A stretch of DNA of 64,000 nucleotides, taken from positions 74,656 to 138,655 of the IMG/VR virus record IMGVR_UViG_3300047553_000365; one strand, given 5' to 3'. Position numbers and translations under genes: made by a program. Of this stretch, positions 33,977-43,700 are shown one piece after another. The stretch comes from a virus. Each line of letters begins with the position of its first letter. The first letter of the stretch is position 1. The notes below the pieces were generated by a model. The model saw only the letters and a program-made list of their open reading frames with translations. It searched no databases and was not told the origin of the DNA.

Positions 33977-36427
33977 CTATTTTTTAAATGTCCATGCTGT
34001 CAATTTATCTTCAATGATTTCAGGAACTTCTTTTCCCTTCTTTTTTAAGTAAGCTCTATAATCCAATGACATACCCTTATTATATGAAATAGCCTTTATT
34101 ACGGATTCTGGAACCTCTAAATCATGTTTCACTAGAAGCTTAGCATATGAATATGATGAGAACGGGGATTTGTCTATAGTATTAACAATAATTTCAGGAA
34201 CTTCTTCCCCCGTCTCAATTAAGAATTTTGCATAGTTATATGCTGGAAAAATTTCTTTGGAGATTTTATATAAGACATCATCAGCAACAGTCTTTCCCCT
34301 TTCTTTAAGGAACATGGCATACCTATAGGCTGTATTACTCCAACTCAAAATCGACTTAAGAATATTTTCGGGAATCTTTGGATCTATTGTTTCCTCATCT
34401 TCAGAAAAATGAGTGATACGTTCCGCAGCATCTTTAATAATCTGTGGAATTTCTTCGTGGTAGGATCTTAAAAAAATATAATAATACCTAGCACTAACTC
34501 TTGATTTAGCAATAGCATTTAAAAGTTTTTCAGGAACCTTTTCTCCATTTTCATATAATCTTTCTGCATATTTACGAGAGAATGCGGAGCTTTGTAGTAA
34601 AGCATCAAACATGTGTTCGGGAACTTCCTTTCCCAATCCTCTCATATATAATATGTAATCATAAAGAACCCAAACATCTCCTTGTATGCCATTTAATATT
34701 TGGTCGGGAATTTTCTGGGGGGCGTTATCTTTAGACTCAGTGACTGGAGAAGATCCCACAATGCGAAGATTGTCAAGAGAGTTCTTCCAAGAAGAGGTAG
34801 GGTTATTTACCCAACGGCGTGCTGCCTGTATAATAATTTCTGGTATCTCCAACTCTTTCTTCATTAAAAAATCTATATAATAATCTATACTTGCAGGATG
34901 CTTTGTAATTCCTTGTAAAACTTTTTCGGGAACCTCCACCTTTAATACCGTCTGTAAATGTTGGGCGTATTTACGAGATAGGGTAGAAGAGTCATCTACA
35001 ATACAGTCCACAATATTTTCAGGAACCTCCTTCCCCAAATCTGTCATAAATATAGCATACTCATAAGCTTTTTGAGGACTTTTGATGATAGCATCCATTA
35101 TCTTTTGTGGAACTTTTTTATCTGTGGATTCTTGAATTGATTCGACACTTTCTTCTACACATGCCTTCCTAATAATTTCAGGAACTTCCTCTCCTTGATC
35201 CTTTAAGAAACTAGCATACTCTCTACTATAATAAGTATTTGTAGTAATAGCCTTTAAAACAATTTCAGGAACTTCCTCTCCTTTAATTATAAGATATGTT
35301 GCATAATAAAAAGAATATTGTCTTGATTCTGATATACTCTTCAATATTCTCTCAGGAATCTCTTTCTTTTTCTCTTTTAAAACTCTTGCGAATTGGTAAG
35401 AGTATTCTGCATCATTTTCAATACTATCTAAAATAATACTAGGAACTTCTGAATTATGTCGAATAAGCTTTGAAGCATAAATAAATGCATGTGATGCAAG
35501 TTCGGCTATTCCCTCTAAAACATCTTGCGGGGTTTCCTTCGCTCTTCCTATATTTATAAAATATTCTCCGCATTTCAAAGCATAATAGGTATCCTTTGAC
35601 ACAGTGTTTAATATCTTTTGTGGAATCTCTTTATCTGTGGATTCCCTAACTATTACATCCCTTACCTCCTCAGACTCCTCAGATGCTGTCGCCTTCATTA
35701 TAATTTCAGGAACTTCTAAATTATGAATCGTTAATCTTCTTTTATATGCCGCCGCATATACAGAATTGGTAGCTAAAGTTTTTGTGATTGTATCAGGAAC
35801 ACTCTTGTTATAAACAATCAGTTTTTCGACAAATGCTAAAGAATTAGCTAAACTTTTGGCAATACTATCAACAATAGCCATTGGAATATCACTAACATCT
35901 GCTCCCGAATGTAGTAGATAGACCGCAAGGTAACGGGAATTATTGGTATCTTCCGAAATTCTATTTATAATATGTTCGGGGACTTCTTTCTTTCTATCAA
36001 TTAATATTTCCGCATAGTCGCAAGTCGTTGAAAATTCTCTCATTATACTATTTTCGACTTCTTTAGGCACAGCCTTATCTTTTCTTACCAAGCGTTTTGC
36101 AAAAGCAAACGCATAATAAGAGGATTCCAACATTTTTTTAAACACTTTGGTAGGAATTTCTAATTCCATATTCATACAATCGACAGAATACTCGTATGAT
36201 GAATCGTGTGCTCTTGCAATGGAGTTAATAATAATATCAGGAACCTCCCTTTTTAACTCTAGCAATGATGATGCATACACATGTGACCCACCGTGACTAT
36301 GAGAAATTTTTTCCACTATATCATCGGGAACTTCTTGTCCTTTAGTCAATAATAGACGAGCATACTCAACAGTGAGTGCATAACTAGAAAGAATACTCTT
36401 AAGAATTTTATCAGGCAGTTTTTTCAT
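33977..36427 (-). CDS. alpha-helical ~29-aa tandem repeat protein
   Basis: About 28 units of consensus GxEVPExIxxxIxxxxxxxYxYAxxLxxx in five blocks separated by acidic E-S linkers. Confidence 0.85.
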   Translation of the reverse strand: MKKLPDKILKSILSSYALTVEYARLLLTKGQEVPDDIVEKISHSHGGSHVYASSLLELKREVPDIIINSIARAHDSSYEYSVDCMNMELEIPTKVFKKMLESSYYAFAFAKRLVRKDKAVPKEVENSIMREFSTTCDYAEILIDRKKEVPEHIINRISEDTNNSRYLAVYLLHSGADVSDIPMAIVDSIAKSLANSLAFVEKLIVYNKSVPDTITKTLATNSVYAAAYKRRLTIHNLEVPEIIMKATASEESEEVRDVIVRESTDKEIPQKILNTVSKDTYYALKCGEYFINIGRAKETPQDVLEGIAELASHAFIYASKLIRHNSEVPSIILDSIENDAEYSYQFARVLKEKKKEIPERILKSISESRQYSFYYATYLIIKGEEVPEIVLKAITTNTYYSREYASFLKDQGEEVPEIIRKACVEESVESIQESTDKKVPQKIMDAIIKSPQKAYEYAIFMTDLGKEVPENIVDCIVDDSSTLSRKYAQHLQTVLKVEVPEKVLQGITKHPASIDYYIDFLMKKELEIPEIIIQAARRWVNNPTSSWKNSLDNLRIVGSSPVTESKDNAPQKIPDQILNGIQGDVWVLYDYILYMRGLGKEVPEHMFDALLQSSAFSRKYAERLYENGEKVPEKLLNAIAKSRVSARYYYIFLRSYHEEIPQIIKDAAERITHFSEDEETIDPKIPENILKSILSWSNTAYRYAMFLKERGKTVADDVLYKISKEIFPAYNYAKFLIETGEEVPEIIVNTIDKSPFSSYSYAKLLVKHDLEVPESVIKAISYNKGMSLDYRAYLKKKGKEVPEIIEDKLTAWTFKK

Positions 36428-36525
36428 CGTCCAAAGAATAAAGAATTTTTACATATTCAAACGATGTGTGAGGATCTTGGGCGATCATATCGATAATCTT
36501 TTCAGGAACTTCTCTTCCAACTTCC
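33977..36525 (-). repeat. protein-level tandem repeat array spanning two ORFs
   Basis: One repeat unit ends the upstream ORF (GREVPEKIIDMIAQDPHTSFEYVKILYSL); the rest fill the downstream ORF. Confidence 0.8.
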
Positions 36526-37748
36526 ATATGATCTTTGGCTATCTTCAAACCAGTTTCTGGTTTTCCGTGTCTTGTAACACTTTGAATATACCAGTCATAA
36601 TCATTTTTATCGGCATATTTTCTGAAAGTATCTCTACTCACATACCCCCCGATGCCCATATATTTTTTAACCAAATCCTTCTTAGAATTTATATCGATAG
36701 GTAATTTATCCCAAGCACTATCCTCAACATCTTTTCCTGTTTGAACAAACATGTCATAGTCTTCATACTCCGTCAGTCTTGGATCTAAAATATCCTCAAT
36801 TCTTTCTTCGATATCCCTATATTTCTTTTCATTCTCTCCATATTCAATGAATTTAAATACATCCTTATCAAATGCATCTTTTAGCATAGGGTATTTTTCT
36901 ATGACCGATTCCTTTGGTAGATTATATGCATCTCCTGTTTGTCTTCCAGTTTTTGAATCGACATTAGTATATGCATATTCATCATCTGCACCATACTCAT
37001 CACCATGAGAATCAATAACTACAAATGGAAACTTGTCTCCCTTATTAAAGGCAAAGTATGTGGTCATACCAGAACTCTTCATTCCTTTAAATCTATATCT
37101 CCAATAGTAATTGCTTCTTCTATCTCTTTCAGAAATACATAAGTTGGTTCCTTTGCCTAAAAGTTGACACATCACCATACTATCTCCCAGATAAATTTCA
37201 ATTTGACCATTATCATACACTAACTTATCCTTTGGTTTTTCAGTGACTTCAGTAGGGTCTTCTTTACTTTGTTTATTTTCTGGACGAACATATTGCTGGT
37301 GAATCTTCTCAACAAGTTCAGTGGCCTTGGTATTAAGAAAGTTAATCTTCTCCTGTTTTTTCTCTGGAGTGTACAGCCTACCTTGTTTGATACCATTCTT
37401 AACATCGTTTGCCCATTTACTTAAAGTTTTATTTCTATAGAGAGATGGAGTATCACAATAATTATTATACTCTGTTCTTATGGCTTCAAGGGTTGGAACT
37501 ACTTGTGTTGCCAATGCTAAGAATGCCAATCCGACAATATCATAGTCTGTTTTAGCTTCTTGGTTTCGAACGCTATTATATACACTCTCAATTTGAGCTA
37601 ATGCTTGCTCTGCATCATTGACATGGACAGATCCTAAAATCTTTCTGGCTTCAGCCCTAAAGGATTGATAATCCTCTACAACTAGCTCCGAATAATCCTC
37701 CAAAAGCTCAGAATAAACCTTCTCAAACAAATTTAACCTTTTCTTCAT
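36411..37748 (-). CDS. hypothetical late protein ending in one 29-aa repeat
   Basis: Start MKKRLNLFE defined by a TAAATA-N5 promoter at 37754. Confidence 0.75.
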   Translation of the reverse strand: MKKRLNLFEKVYSELLEDYSELVVEDYQSFRAEARKILGSVHVNDAEQALAQIESVYNSVRNQEAKTDYDIVGLAFLALATQVVPTLEAIRTEYNNYCDTPSLYRNKTLSKWANDVKNGIKQGRLYTPEKKQEKINFLNTKATELVEKIHQQYVRPENKQSKEDPTEVTEKPKDKLVYDNGQIEIYLGDSMVMCQLLGKGTNLCISERDRRSNYYWRYRFKGMKSSGMTTYFAFNKGDKFPFVVIDSHGDEYGADDEYAYTNVDSKTGRQTGDAYNLPKESVIEKYPMLKDAFDKDVFKFIEYGENEKKYRDIEERIEDILDPRLTEYEDYDMFVQTGKDVEDSAWDKLPIDINSKKDLVKKYMGIGGYVSRDTFRKYADKNDYDWYIQSVTRHGKPETGLKIAKDHMEVGREVPEKIIDMIAQDPHTSFEYVKILYSLDDEKTA

Positions 37749-37753
37749 ATCTA

Positions 37754-37759
37754 TATTTA
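37754..37759 (-). promoter_or_regulatory. late promoter
   Basis: TAAATA-5 nt-ATG(37748). Confidence 0.6.
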
Positions 37760-37764
37760 CCTTT

Positions 37765-39558
37765 TTAGCCAAAAATCCTTTTCATTGCATCCCATTGATC
37801 CGGTGTAAATGTTCTACTTTGGTCAATATGTGGCATGGTCCCCTGTAATAGTTCCCATCCATCTGCCTTAAGTTGCTCAATTTCGTTCATTTGTTCCGTT
37901 CCACCCCCGAAAACTATGGGGGCTAGACGGGATTGCTCAATTCTTTCAACCTTTTCGTTAGAATAGATAGAAGTGGCGTTTTCAAAGTAGGATATTCCTA
38001 GATCTAGGGGGGTTATCTTTTTGGGCTTTCCACAGCTATCAGTTTCCTCAATAGTAAACCATCTTTCACAAAGATCCTTATCTAGAACCATTAAAGCCCA
38101 AATTAGTGCCATGGTTCTATCGTCATGTTTTCCTGAGATGGCTCCCCAAGAATCGTTTGGTAACTTTACAAAGTGTTTAAACAATTCTTCCAAAGAATCC
38201 TCATTTCTAAAGATAACAGCCCCCTTATCATTATAATAATAGCGAGCATTGGCACAAGCATAGTATTTAGTATTGCGCGAAGATACCATACCGAACAGTT
38301 CAAGATTCTTACGACCTGCTAGTTTAGACCCCCAATTTACCATCTTAGGATAACCATAGTCGTTACCTAATCTGTCTGCCACTTGCCCCCCTTGGTTGTT
38401 TCTTTCCACACAAACTAATGGATTGCCCCAATGTTGTAGAATGTCATACACAATGTTTGAAAATTCCGATACAGGAGTATCATTACTATAATATTCCGCA
38501 ACTTCAATAATTTCATCTAAGTCAGTAATATCTACTATCTTAATAACAGAATAGTCTCCTCCCACCCCTTCTCCAACGTCTACACCTGCTACATAAATTC
38601 TGTCTGGATTTGGTAAATCCCAAATCTTATATTTTCCATCCATTAAAATTTCCTTGGGTTCTCTAAGTTCTCCCCTCAATCTTTTATATAGATCTTCATC
38701 AAGAGAGGATGTTCCTGAATTGATAAATTCACATTCATATTCCTGTCTCCACTTTTCTTCAGATGCAAGACCACTTCTAATCTTCTTGGCCCATGTTTCT
38801 GTTCTACCGGGAACTTCATTCCAAATAATCTTATCATTAACCCATCCGTTTTTGCCCTCTAATGACCCAGAATATAACTCATGGAATAGATTTCCTGTTC
38901 CATTTGGCGTAGAACAGATAAAGATCTTACCGTCTGGAATGGAAGACACAATGGGGAACACCGATGCCCAGAATGGGTCCATAAGGTGTTGCTCAATGAA
39001 TGCAGCTTCGTCAATAACTAGAATGTTACAAGCCTTACCACGGGCTGCTGTTCCTGTTGTGGTTGAGATTTCAATTCTAGAACCATTCTCCAGACCCATA
39101 GAGGTTTTACCATATCCCCCGAATCCTTCATCAATTGGAGACTTGATCCAGTTAGGCATTAATTCATATGCCATTCTTATTCTAGTAAAGATTTCAATTG
39201 CAGTTGATTCTTTGTTAGCAACCAACAGAATCTTGTTGTCATTAAAGAACATGGCTACCCATAATAGATAGATGGTCATAAGTGTGGACTTACCCACCTG
39301 ACGACTTGCTAGAAGAATAAAGTAAGGATTGTTCCTCATCTTTTTTAATATTCTTTTCTGTGCTTTATATAACTTAATCTTTTCTTTTCCCTTACCCGGT
39401 ATTAAAATAAAGAAGTAATTCTCTGCAAAGTGTAATATATCATTCTTACACTTATCTATCTCTTTAACCATTTTTGGGGTGTATTCGAATTCTGCTCCCT
39501 TGGAAGGAACATTCGGATTACCCATATAAAATTTTTCTTTTTTAGGATTTTGAGCCAT
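37765..39558 (-). CDS. gp17: terminase large subunit (T4 gp17-like)
   Basis: ASRQVGKST, LVIDEAAF, STPNG, QEYECEF, GVDVGEG, HDDRTMA; start MAQNPKK. Confidence 0.95.
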   Translation of the reverse strand: MAQNPKKEKFYMGNPNVPSKGAEFEYTPKMVKEIDKCKNDILHFAENYFFILIPGKGKEKIKLYKAQKRILKKMRNNPYFILLASRQVGKSTLMTIYLLWVAMFFNDNKILLVANKESTAIEIFTRIRMAYELMPNWIKSPIDEGFGGYGKTSMGLENGSRIEISTTTGTAARGKACNILVIDEAAFIEQHLMDPFWASVFPIVSSIPDGKIFICSTPNGTGNLFHELYSGSLEGKNGWVNDKIIWNEVPGRTETWAKKIRSGLASEEKWRQEYECEFINSGTSSLDEDLYKRLRGELREPKEILMDGKYKIWDLPNPDRIYVAGVDVGEGVGGDYSVIKIVDITDLDEIIEVAEYYSNDTPVSEFSNIVYDILQHWGNPLVCVERNNQGGQVADRLGNDYGYPKMVNWGSKLAGRKNLELFGMVSSRNTKYYACANARYYYNDKGAVIFRNEDSLEELFKHFVKLPNDSWGAISGKHDDRTMALIWALMVLDKDLCERWFTIEETDSCGKPKKITPLDLGISYFENATSIYSNEKVERIEQSRLAPIVFGGGTEQMNEIEQLKADGWELLQGTMPHIDQSRTFTPDQWDAMKRIFG

Positions 39559-39566
39559 TATAATAC

Positions 39567-39581
39567 TATTTAAGCTAAATA
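39567..39581. promoter_or_regulatory. back-to-back divergent late promoters
   Basis: TATTTA-AGC-TAAATA; 8 nt to the TerL ATG and 7 nt to ATG(39589). Confidence 0.65.
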
Positions 39582-39588
39582 ATGGTAT

Positions 39589-40419
39589 ATGAAACATAAA
39601 GATTCAGTCTTACTAGGTGATATCTATGGAAAAATGCTTAATGGCATTAAACAAAATATCAAAGAATCCAATAAAAGCGCATTTGAGGAAAAACCTGATG
39701 TTGTAGGGGATGGTCCTAAGACTGACGGGTTTCATGAAGCATTAAATGATGAAAAGGGTTGCACTTGTAAAAAAGATGGAAAAGAGTGTAAATGTAAGGA
39801 AGAAGACGAAGAAATTTCACTGAAAAAGAAAAAAATTAACATCGAAAAGGTAAATAGTATTATGAGCAAATCAGCATTTGACAAAATTTATAGTAAGTTA
39901 CTCAAAGAAAACTTTGGAGTAGAAGATCAAGACGTGGATGCCCTTGGCCTAGACGATGCAACCCCAGATTCCGAATTTGATTTTGGAGACGAAGGTGGTG
40001 ACGACCTAGGGGAAGAAGGTGACACTGTTACCCTAACCCTCGACAAAGCTACTGCACAAGCCCTTGTGGATGTTCTACAAGCCGCTCTTGGTGGTGGAGA
40101 AGAAGAGGGTGACTTAGGCGAAGAAGGTGATGACCTAGACTTCGGTGGCGAAGGTGACGGATTCGGAGACGAAGAACCATCCTTTGAAGAAGACGAAGAA
40201 GAAGGAACCAAGGAAGCTCCTAAGAAGAACTTCAGCAAGCTACAAGGTAAGGACAACAAGGTTGGAGCAAACCCAAAACCAAAGGGTGGTTCTGCTAAGA
40301 CCGATGTGACTGACGAAACTGGAACTAAAGTTGGAACTCCTCCAATTGCCGCCCTACAAGGTAAGAATAACCAAGTTCCCGGTTCTACCATCAAAAAAGC
40401 ATCTGATTATTTCCAATAA
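39589..40419 (+). CDS. acidic low-complexity late protein (possible prohead core/scaffold)
   Basis: Asp/Glu/Gly rich, IKES and LKEN motifs, duplicated LQGKxN, codon usage resembling the sheath gene. Confidence 0.55.
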   Translation: MKHKDSVLLGDIYGKMLNGIKQNIKESNKSAFEEKPDVVGDGPKTDGFHEALNDEKGCTCKKDGKECKCKEEDEEISLKKKKINIEKVNSIMSKSAFDKIYSKLLKENFGVEDQDVDALGLDDATPDSEFDFGDEGGDDLGEEGDTVTLTLDKATAQALVDVLQAALGGGEEEGDLGEEGDDLDFGGEGDGFGDEEPSFEEDEEEGTKEAPKKNFSKLQGKDNKVGANPKPKGGSAKTDVTDETGTKVGTPPIAALQGKNNQVPGSTIKKASDYFQ

Positions 40420-40445
40420 GAAATAACCAATAACAATCAACCATT

Positions 40446-40472
40446 AAAGCTCACCATTCGGTGGGCTTTTTT
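40446..40472 (+). terminator. rho-independent terminator
   Basis: AAAGCTCACC-ATTC-GGTGGGCTTT followed by a T run. Confidence 0.8.
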
Positions 40473-40474
40473 GT

Positions 40475-40480
40475 TAAATA
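40475..40480 (+). promoter_or_regulatory. late promoter
   Basis: TAAATA-6 nt-GTG(40487). Confidence 0.65.
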
Positions 40481-40486
40481 GATATA

Positions 40487-40810
40487 GTGAAATCTTTCAA
40501 ACAGTTCTTTTTAGAGTATCGTCACAATCTTGCTGATGGAACTCCTGCACCATCTCTTCAGGCACACAACGGTAAGAATCCTAACAGAGTTCAACCGGGA
40601 AAGAGTCTTGCCACTAGGGGAGAGTATAAAAAGGACAATCCTAAGATGAATGTTCCCGGTAGTTTATTATCACCAGTTGAACTAGCAGATATGGGTATTG
40701 AATACGAACACGGTAAGATTCTTCAAAATGTTAAGAATAGCGGATTCGGTATTGAAATGGTAAGTATTGGTGGTAAACCAATGGGAAGAGTTTTCAAGAG
40801 TAATAAATAA
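40487..40810 (+). CDS. putative internal head protein
   Basis: N-terminus MKSFKQFFLE resembles the T4 capsid-targeting sequence. Confidence 0.55.
   Translation: MKSFKQFFLEYRHNLADGTPAPSLQAHNGKNPNRVQPGKSLATRGEYKKDNPKMNVPGSLLSPVELADMGIEYEHGKILQNVKNSGFGIEMVSIGGKPMGRVFKSNK
40804..40809 (+). promoter_or_regulatory. late promoter
   Basis: TAAATA-6 nt-ATG(40816). Confidence 0.6.
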
Positions 40811-40815
40811 AGTAT

Positions 40816-41595
40816 ATGGGATGCTCCACAACACCAGCTTCATGTCTAGCACCAGTAAATATATTTGCTGGTCTATATAACTATTGTGAAGGGTTCGCAG
40901 ATCCCTCAAATTTTCAAGCAGAAAGAGCAATCTTTGGAAACAACTTCAGAGAACAGATTTATAAGTATGGGGTTGATGTAAATTACTATGTTAATGGATT
41001 TAATCTATCTGCCATGAACATGCTTTATGGAGAACACCCATTACAGGAGTATTCTGGTCCATTCGCAATTAAAGCACTTATTGAATTGGAAGAAGGTGTT
41101 AGTATAACACAATGGGGTATGGCATCAGAAGATGAAGTGACTGCATATATCGCCATTCAAGATTTCGCAGCATTATCTGCATTGTCTGCTAGTGCATGGA
41201 TCAACAATGGTCAAAGATATGAACCTAAAGCAGACGACTTAATGGAAATCACTGCTCTGGGTTGTGATAGACCGGGAAATCGTGGAGCTAAAATCTTTGT
41301 TATTACAGAAGCATTGGATCAAAGTATTCAAGATGGTATCAATCCTGTCATGGGTCACTATGTATGGAAATTGACTGCTAAACGCTACGAAACATCTATG
41401 GAAACAAATGCTCCAATGGAACTTGGAAACGATCAGGTTTACGACAATCTGTTGAGTGGAAAACTATCATCTATTCTCTATCCATCACTTACATCAGATG
41501 CGAAAGTCTACGATGATGACGCAGATACTATCAGTAGAACACAAGTCTACGATATGGACAATACCAATAATAGTGTTTACGGTAACTATTATTAA
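40816..41595 (+). CDS. gp14: neck protein (T4 gp14-like)
   Basis: EQIYKYGVDVNYY, LYGEH, EPKADDL, YVWKLTAKRYE. Confidence 0.8.
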   Translation: MGCSTTPASCLAPVNIFAGLYNYCEGFADPSNFQAERAIFGNNFREQIYKYGVDVNYYVNGFNLSAMNMLYGEHPLQEYSGPFAIKALIELEEGVSITQWGMASEDEVTAYIAIQDFAALSALSASAWINNGQRYEPKADDLMEITALGCDRPGNRGAKIFVITEALDQSIQDGINPVMGHYVWKLTAKRYETSMETNAPMELGNDQVYDNLLSGKLSSILYPSLTSDAKVYDDDADTISRTQVYDMDNTNNSVYGNYY

Positions 41596-43700
41596 TCTAT
41601 CAATGATAGAGATTTATACAGGGTATTGATAAACATATTATCATAGATTCCGCCATCAACAATTAAGTCATTCTTACTTACAGTAGAAAGTATTGTTGTT
41701 CTTGTGTTGTAGAAGTCTGCAACAACATCCATTATGGTATTATCATATCTTTCATTGATTGTGAAGAAAATATAATACTTACCAACATCTGCAAAATCAA
41801 ACACACCGGGAAGAACCAATGGCCATCCCCAATCAGTTGAATATGCTGATAATGCATAGTGGAAAGCAGACATTGCTGATACAGGTTGATATGTATTCAG
41901 TCTTGTATATTTGTTGCTGAACTTTTCTAGAGCTACAATATCAGTTCCCGCAGACACAATGTATGTGGCAGTATCAATTTGACTGCCTAGGTTTAAACCA
42001 TACTTAGTTCTTTCAGCCAATCCTTTAGTGTCAAAATTATCAGCAAATTTATTCGATGTTCCAAACAATCTATTCTTATCGATTGATAGTAGGTCTAGAA
42101 GTCTCTTGATCTTTTCAGGATACACATACTTCTCTTCATTCTTATCATTGTATCCAATGTTTTGACATAGAGATTCTAATGCTTCCAAGGTGCATCTATC
42201 AACATCCGATGCATTATCCACAAAGTTTGCTATACGCTCATATACCTTCAGACCAATAGCATCATGATCGGCATTCTCATCTCCCAGAATTCCCGCGAAA
42301 AAGTCATCATAGAGTTTAGTGCTTTCAAGAATAATTTCTTGGAAGGTAATGTCTCTTAGAGTTTGAGTAGCATCAAAATTTTCATTTATCTTATACAGAT
42401 CATAATAGTTGTCAGGATAGACACTGAATGGTGTGGACTTGGCACTTAAGTAATAGGAACTAGTGTCCGTGGTCAATGTGGTGTTGGCATACATCACAAC
42501 ATTTTCAAGAACACTGTCAGACTCAGTAAACAGAATATACCCTCTAAATGACGACCCATGATTTTGTGCAGAAAGAGTAGTATTTAAAGAAGAAATTGTG
42601 TATAGAGTAGTGTCGATTGCACTTAGAGGATTCCAGCTACCATCAACTGCTGATAGGCTTATATTGAGAGCAGACAATTCAAGATTGTCGAAATTCTTTA
42701 CTGAATACCACTCAGCATCCTTCATCTTAATAACGAATGGAATTTTAGTGTTGTATAATTTGATTGGATTTATCTTAAACGATGAAATTGCGTATCCTTC
42801 ACCATCCAACCCATTAGAGGTTATGGATAGAGAGTATGGTTCATTTTCCAGAACATTAACAAGAGTAGTTATACCAAGATTATTGATAAAGTTTTCCGAA
42901 GAACTACCCTTAGAGTTATATCCTGTTTTATCGAATTTAAAGGTGATGCCCAATTCATCTTTTGGTTGGTCATCTTTAAAGTATACAGATTTGGTCCCTG
43001 TCAATCCAACGAAGAATGCACCATCATCACTAGACTTACAAATAACAATTTGGTTTCCATCTATCTTAGCAAATATACTGGTAGTCTCTGGAATAATTTT
43101 TTCCACATGTCTGTATTGATAACTACTAATTGCATAGTTATAAATCTTATCATAAAAACTATAGGTATTATCTAGGTGAGCATATTTATTGGTTTCCAAA
43201 TCTACATAATTATCACTAGAACTTCCGCTTACAGTATAATACAGATTTAGTGCAGTTTGGTAATAAGGATATGTAACGGTGAAAACAAATGGTCCTGAAA
43301 TTTTACCATTTTTGAAGACTATAGGATTTGTGTTGGCTGAGAGTGCTGGTAATTCGTTTCCATACACATCATACTTGCTATACACATCCAAATCAAATGT
43401 AAGTGGTTTAAAATCTATGACCACAATATCTTTTTCAAATGTCGACTTGAGTGCATTGTTATAGCAATCATATACAATCATTTGAACAGTATACTTACCC
43501 GGATAAGTGTAGAACTTATATGCGGAAGTTGATCGAGAAATGGTTCCATCACCAAAGTCCCACACTACTCTATTTTTCTTCTCTTCGAAGATATTAAATT
43601 CTGGAACAAACAATAGGGGAGTGCTGGATAAAGCATAAGTTGACAATACCTCACTATCGGTATAGTCCATAACCCTAAAGTCTGTAAATGTAGTTCCCAT
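41592..43700 (-). CDS. PKD-domain baseplate-associated structural protein
   Basis: VWDFGDGT...YTYPGKYTVQM; coupled to gp6. Confidence 0.65.
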   Translation of the reverse strand: MGTTFTDFRVMDYTDSEVLSTYALSSTPLLFVPEFNIFEEKKNRVVWDFGDGTISRSTSAYKFYTYPGKYTVQMIVYDCYNNALKSTFEKDIVVIDFKPLTFDLDVYSKYDVYGNELPALSANTNPIVFKNGKISGPFVFTVTYPYYQTALNLYYTVSGSSSDNYVDLETNKYAHLDNTYSFYDKIYNYAISSYQYRHVEKIIPETTSIFAKIDGNQIVICKSSDDGAFFVGLTGTKSVYFKDDQPKDELGITFKFDKTGYNSKGSSSENFINNLGITTLVNVLENEPYSLSITSNGLDGEGYAISSFKINPIKLYNTKIPFVIKMKDAEWYSVKNFDNLELSALNISLSAVDGSWNPLSAIDTTLYTISSLNTTLSAQNHGSSFRGYILFTESDSVLENVVMYANTTLTTDTSSYYLSAKSTPFSVYPDNYYDLYKINENFDATQTLRDITFQEIILESTKLYDDFFAGILGDENADHDAIGLKVYERIANFVDNASDVDRCTLEALESLCQNIGYNDKNEEKYVYPEKIKRLLDLLSIDKNRLFGTSNKFADNFDTKGLAERTKYGLNLGSQIDTATYIVSAGTDIVALEKFSNKYTRLNTYQPVSAMSAFHYALSAYSTDWGWPLVLPGVFDFADVGKYYIFFTINERYDNTIMDVVADFYNTRTTILSTVSKNDLIVDGGIYDNMFINTLYKSLSLID

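Noticed and set aside
37765-39558. Intein or intron in TerL (also checked ligases and clamp loader)
   Set aside because: Lengths are normal, motifs are contiguous, and no splice or homing-endonuclease motifs were seen.
39927-40394. 155-aa Ser/Pro-rich minus-strand ORF
   Set aside because: It is the reverse complement of the Glu/Asp/Gly-rich gene; the low complexity is a mirror artefact.
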